NCBI GenBank assembly: GCA_032654565.1
Contig: JAULAX010000013.1
Span: 131,853-195,852 of the forward strand
DNA: 64,000 nt
Source: Anaeromyxobacteraceae bacterium
GTDB taxonomy: Bacteria; Myxococcota; Myxococcia; Myxococcales; Anaeromyxobacteraceae
Direction: 5' to 3'
Position 1 is the first letter of the stretch. Each line of letters begins with the position of its first letter. Shown here one piece after another: positions 59,592-64,000 of the stretch. A model generated the notes under the pieces. It did not search any database. It was not told the origin of the DNA and saw only the letters and a program-made list of their open reading frames with translations. The position numbers and the translations under genes were made by a program.

Positions 59592-60999
59592 GCTGGCGCG
59601 CCCCGGCCCGGGGGCGCGCTGGATCCTGCTGCTCGCCGTGGGGGCGGCCGGGGCCACCAGCTTCGCCGGCGGGTTCGTCCACGACGACTGGCGGGTGCTG
59701 GTGCAGGATCCGCGGGTCCAGTCGCTGGGCGCCTGGTGGAGCGCCATGCCCGGCATCCGGCCGCTGCTCAAGCTGAGCTACGCGCTGAACCACCAGTCGG
59801 GGCTCGGCCTCGCCGGCCTGCACGCCGTCAACCTGCTGATCCACGCCGGCGCCGCGCTGCTGGTCCACGCCCTGCTGCTGCGGCTGGAGCGCCGCCTCGA
59901 TCCGGCCGCCCCGACCGGAGGCGCGGCGCTGGCCGGGGCGCTGCTCTTCGCCCTCCACCCGGTTCAGACCGAGGCGGTCACCTACCTGTCCGGCCGCTCG
60001 GCGGCGCTGGCCGGCCTGCTGGCGCTGGCGAGCGTGGTGGCCTGGCTGGACGCCCGGGACGGGCAGGGCGGCCGCGGCAGGCCCTGGCTCGCCGCCGGGC
60101 TCTTCGCCGCCGCGCTCGGGGTCAAGGAGTACGTGGCGGTGCTGCCCGTGGCGCTGCTGCTGGTCGAGGCCGCCGACCCGCGCCGCCCCTTCTCGCCCCG
60201 CCGCGCCCTCGCCGCCCTGGCGCCGCACCTGCTGGTGCTCGCCGCCGGCGTGGCGCTGGTGCTCCCCTCGCCCACCTACCGCTGGCTCCTCGGCGCCGGG
60301 CTGGCGCTCCGGTCCCCCGTGATCAACCTGGCGACGCAGCTGCAGGCGGTGGCCTGGCTCACCGGGCAGCTGGCCCAGCCCTGGCACCTGAGCGCCGAGC
60401 CCGGTCTCGGGCCGGTGGTCGCCTGGACCCCGGCGCTGGGAGGGCTGGCGGCGGCCCTCCTGGCCCTGGCGGCGCTGGGGGCCTGGCTGCTGCGCCGGCG
60501 CCCGGCGGCCGGGCTGGCGATCCTCTGGTACCTGCTCTGGCTGGCCCCGACCGGCTGGCTGGTCCCCCGGGGGGATCCGGCCAGCGAGCGGCAGCTCTAC
60601 CTCGCCCTGGTCGGCCCGGCGTGGCTGGCCGGGAGAGGGCTGGTGGCCTGGGCGGGATCGGCGACGCCCCGCCGCGTCGCCGTCGCCGGGCTGCTGCTGG
60701 CGCTCGGCGGCGGCTTCGCGGCGCGCAGCCTGGTCTACCGGGACGAGCTGACCTTCTGGGCCGACGCGGCCACCAAGGTCCCGGGGAGCTCGCGGGCCTG
60801 GAACAACCTGGGGGTGGCGCTGGCGGAGGCCTGCCGACCCGGGGAGGCGGAGCGCGCCTTCGAGCGGGCCCTGGCCGCCGCCCCCGGTCACCTCCGGGCC
60901 GAGCTCAACCTGGGGCTGCTCCGGCAGGGAGGGGTGGGCGCCCGGGACGGCGCCGGCCGCTGCGCCTTCCCCATCGCCGCCGGGCCCAGCCCGGAGTGA
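59584..60999 (+). CDS. TMTC-like GT-C membrane glycosyltransferase with C-terminal TPR
   Basis: FVHDD, RPL, LFALHPVQTEAV, SGRS, KE, ERQLYL, AWNNLG. Confidence 0.8.
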   Translation: MSELARPGPGARWILLLAVGAAGATSFAGGFVHDDWRVLVQDPRVQSLGAWWSAMPGIRPLLKLSYALNHQSGLGLAGLHAVNLLIHAGAALLVHALLLRLERRLDPAAPTGGAALAGALLFALHPVQTEAVTYLSGRSAALAGLLALASVVAWLDARDGQGGRGRPWLAAGLFAAALGVKEYVAVLPVALLLVEAADPRRPFSPRRALAALAPHLLVLAAGVALVLPSPTYRWLLGAGLALRSPVINLATQLQAVAWLTGQLAQPWHLSAEPGLGPVVAWTPALGGLAAALLALAALGAWLLRRRPAAGLAILWYLLWLAPTGWLVPRGDPASERQLYLALVGPAWLAGRGLVAWAGSATPRRVAVAGLLLALGGGFAARSLVYRDELTFWADAATKVPGSSRAWNNLGVALAEACRPGEAERAFERALAAAPGHLRAELNLGLLRQGGVGARDGAGRCAFPIAAGPSPE

Positions 61000-61110
61000 C
61001 CCGGGCCGCGCCCCGGCCATTCCACCTCCACCACCACCCGACCGGACGCGACGAGGCCCCGGTCGCTGGCGCGGCCGGGGCCCCTGGTGCAGCGGGTGCG
61101 GTGGGCCGGA

Positions 61111-64000
<2,890 letters not shown>

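Noticed and set aside
57600..61090. Similar (GGT)n/(CCA)n-containing hairpins at about 57630 and 61020 as a dispersed repeat
   Set aside because: Similarity is short and low-complexity; more likely independent terminator-like GC hairpins

Overview
Very GC-rich bacterial DNA whose gene content (Tgl pilotin, many Cys-rich lipoproteins, type III PKS operon, multiheme cytochrome/NrfCD module, acetate CoA-transferase, monomeric IDH) suggests an Anaeromyxobacter-like myxobacterium (inference). About 50 densely packed CDSs, mostly core genes (hisN-like, plsB, cbpA, rimI, pyrD, queE, recO, glyQS, polA, divIVA-like, holB/holA, metG, tatD, yhaM-like, ribA, tag, mdh, icd). I found no rRNA, intact tRNA, CRISPR array, transposase or phage gene. 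Best candidates for undescribed biology: (i) two related Cys-rich lipoproteins + RHH-like/FHA protein + secretin-N-like protein downstream of glyQS, followed by a repeat-rich structured intergenic region; (ii) an orphan PilB/GspE ATPase coupled to a Ycf46-type AAA ATPase that carries a 1-nt frameshift; (iii) a membrane protein and a tiny triple-repeat protein ahead of a tetraheme-cyt c/4Fe-4S/NrfD quinol oxidoreductase with an FNR-like box; (iv) a five-gene type III PKS operon that may use two CTG starts; (v) a structured 5' leader at about 39.4-39.55 kb; (vi) recurrent leaderless-type promoter architecture. All calls come from motif reading by eye; no database searches or folding programs were run.
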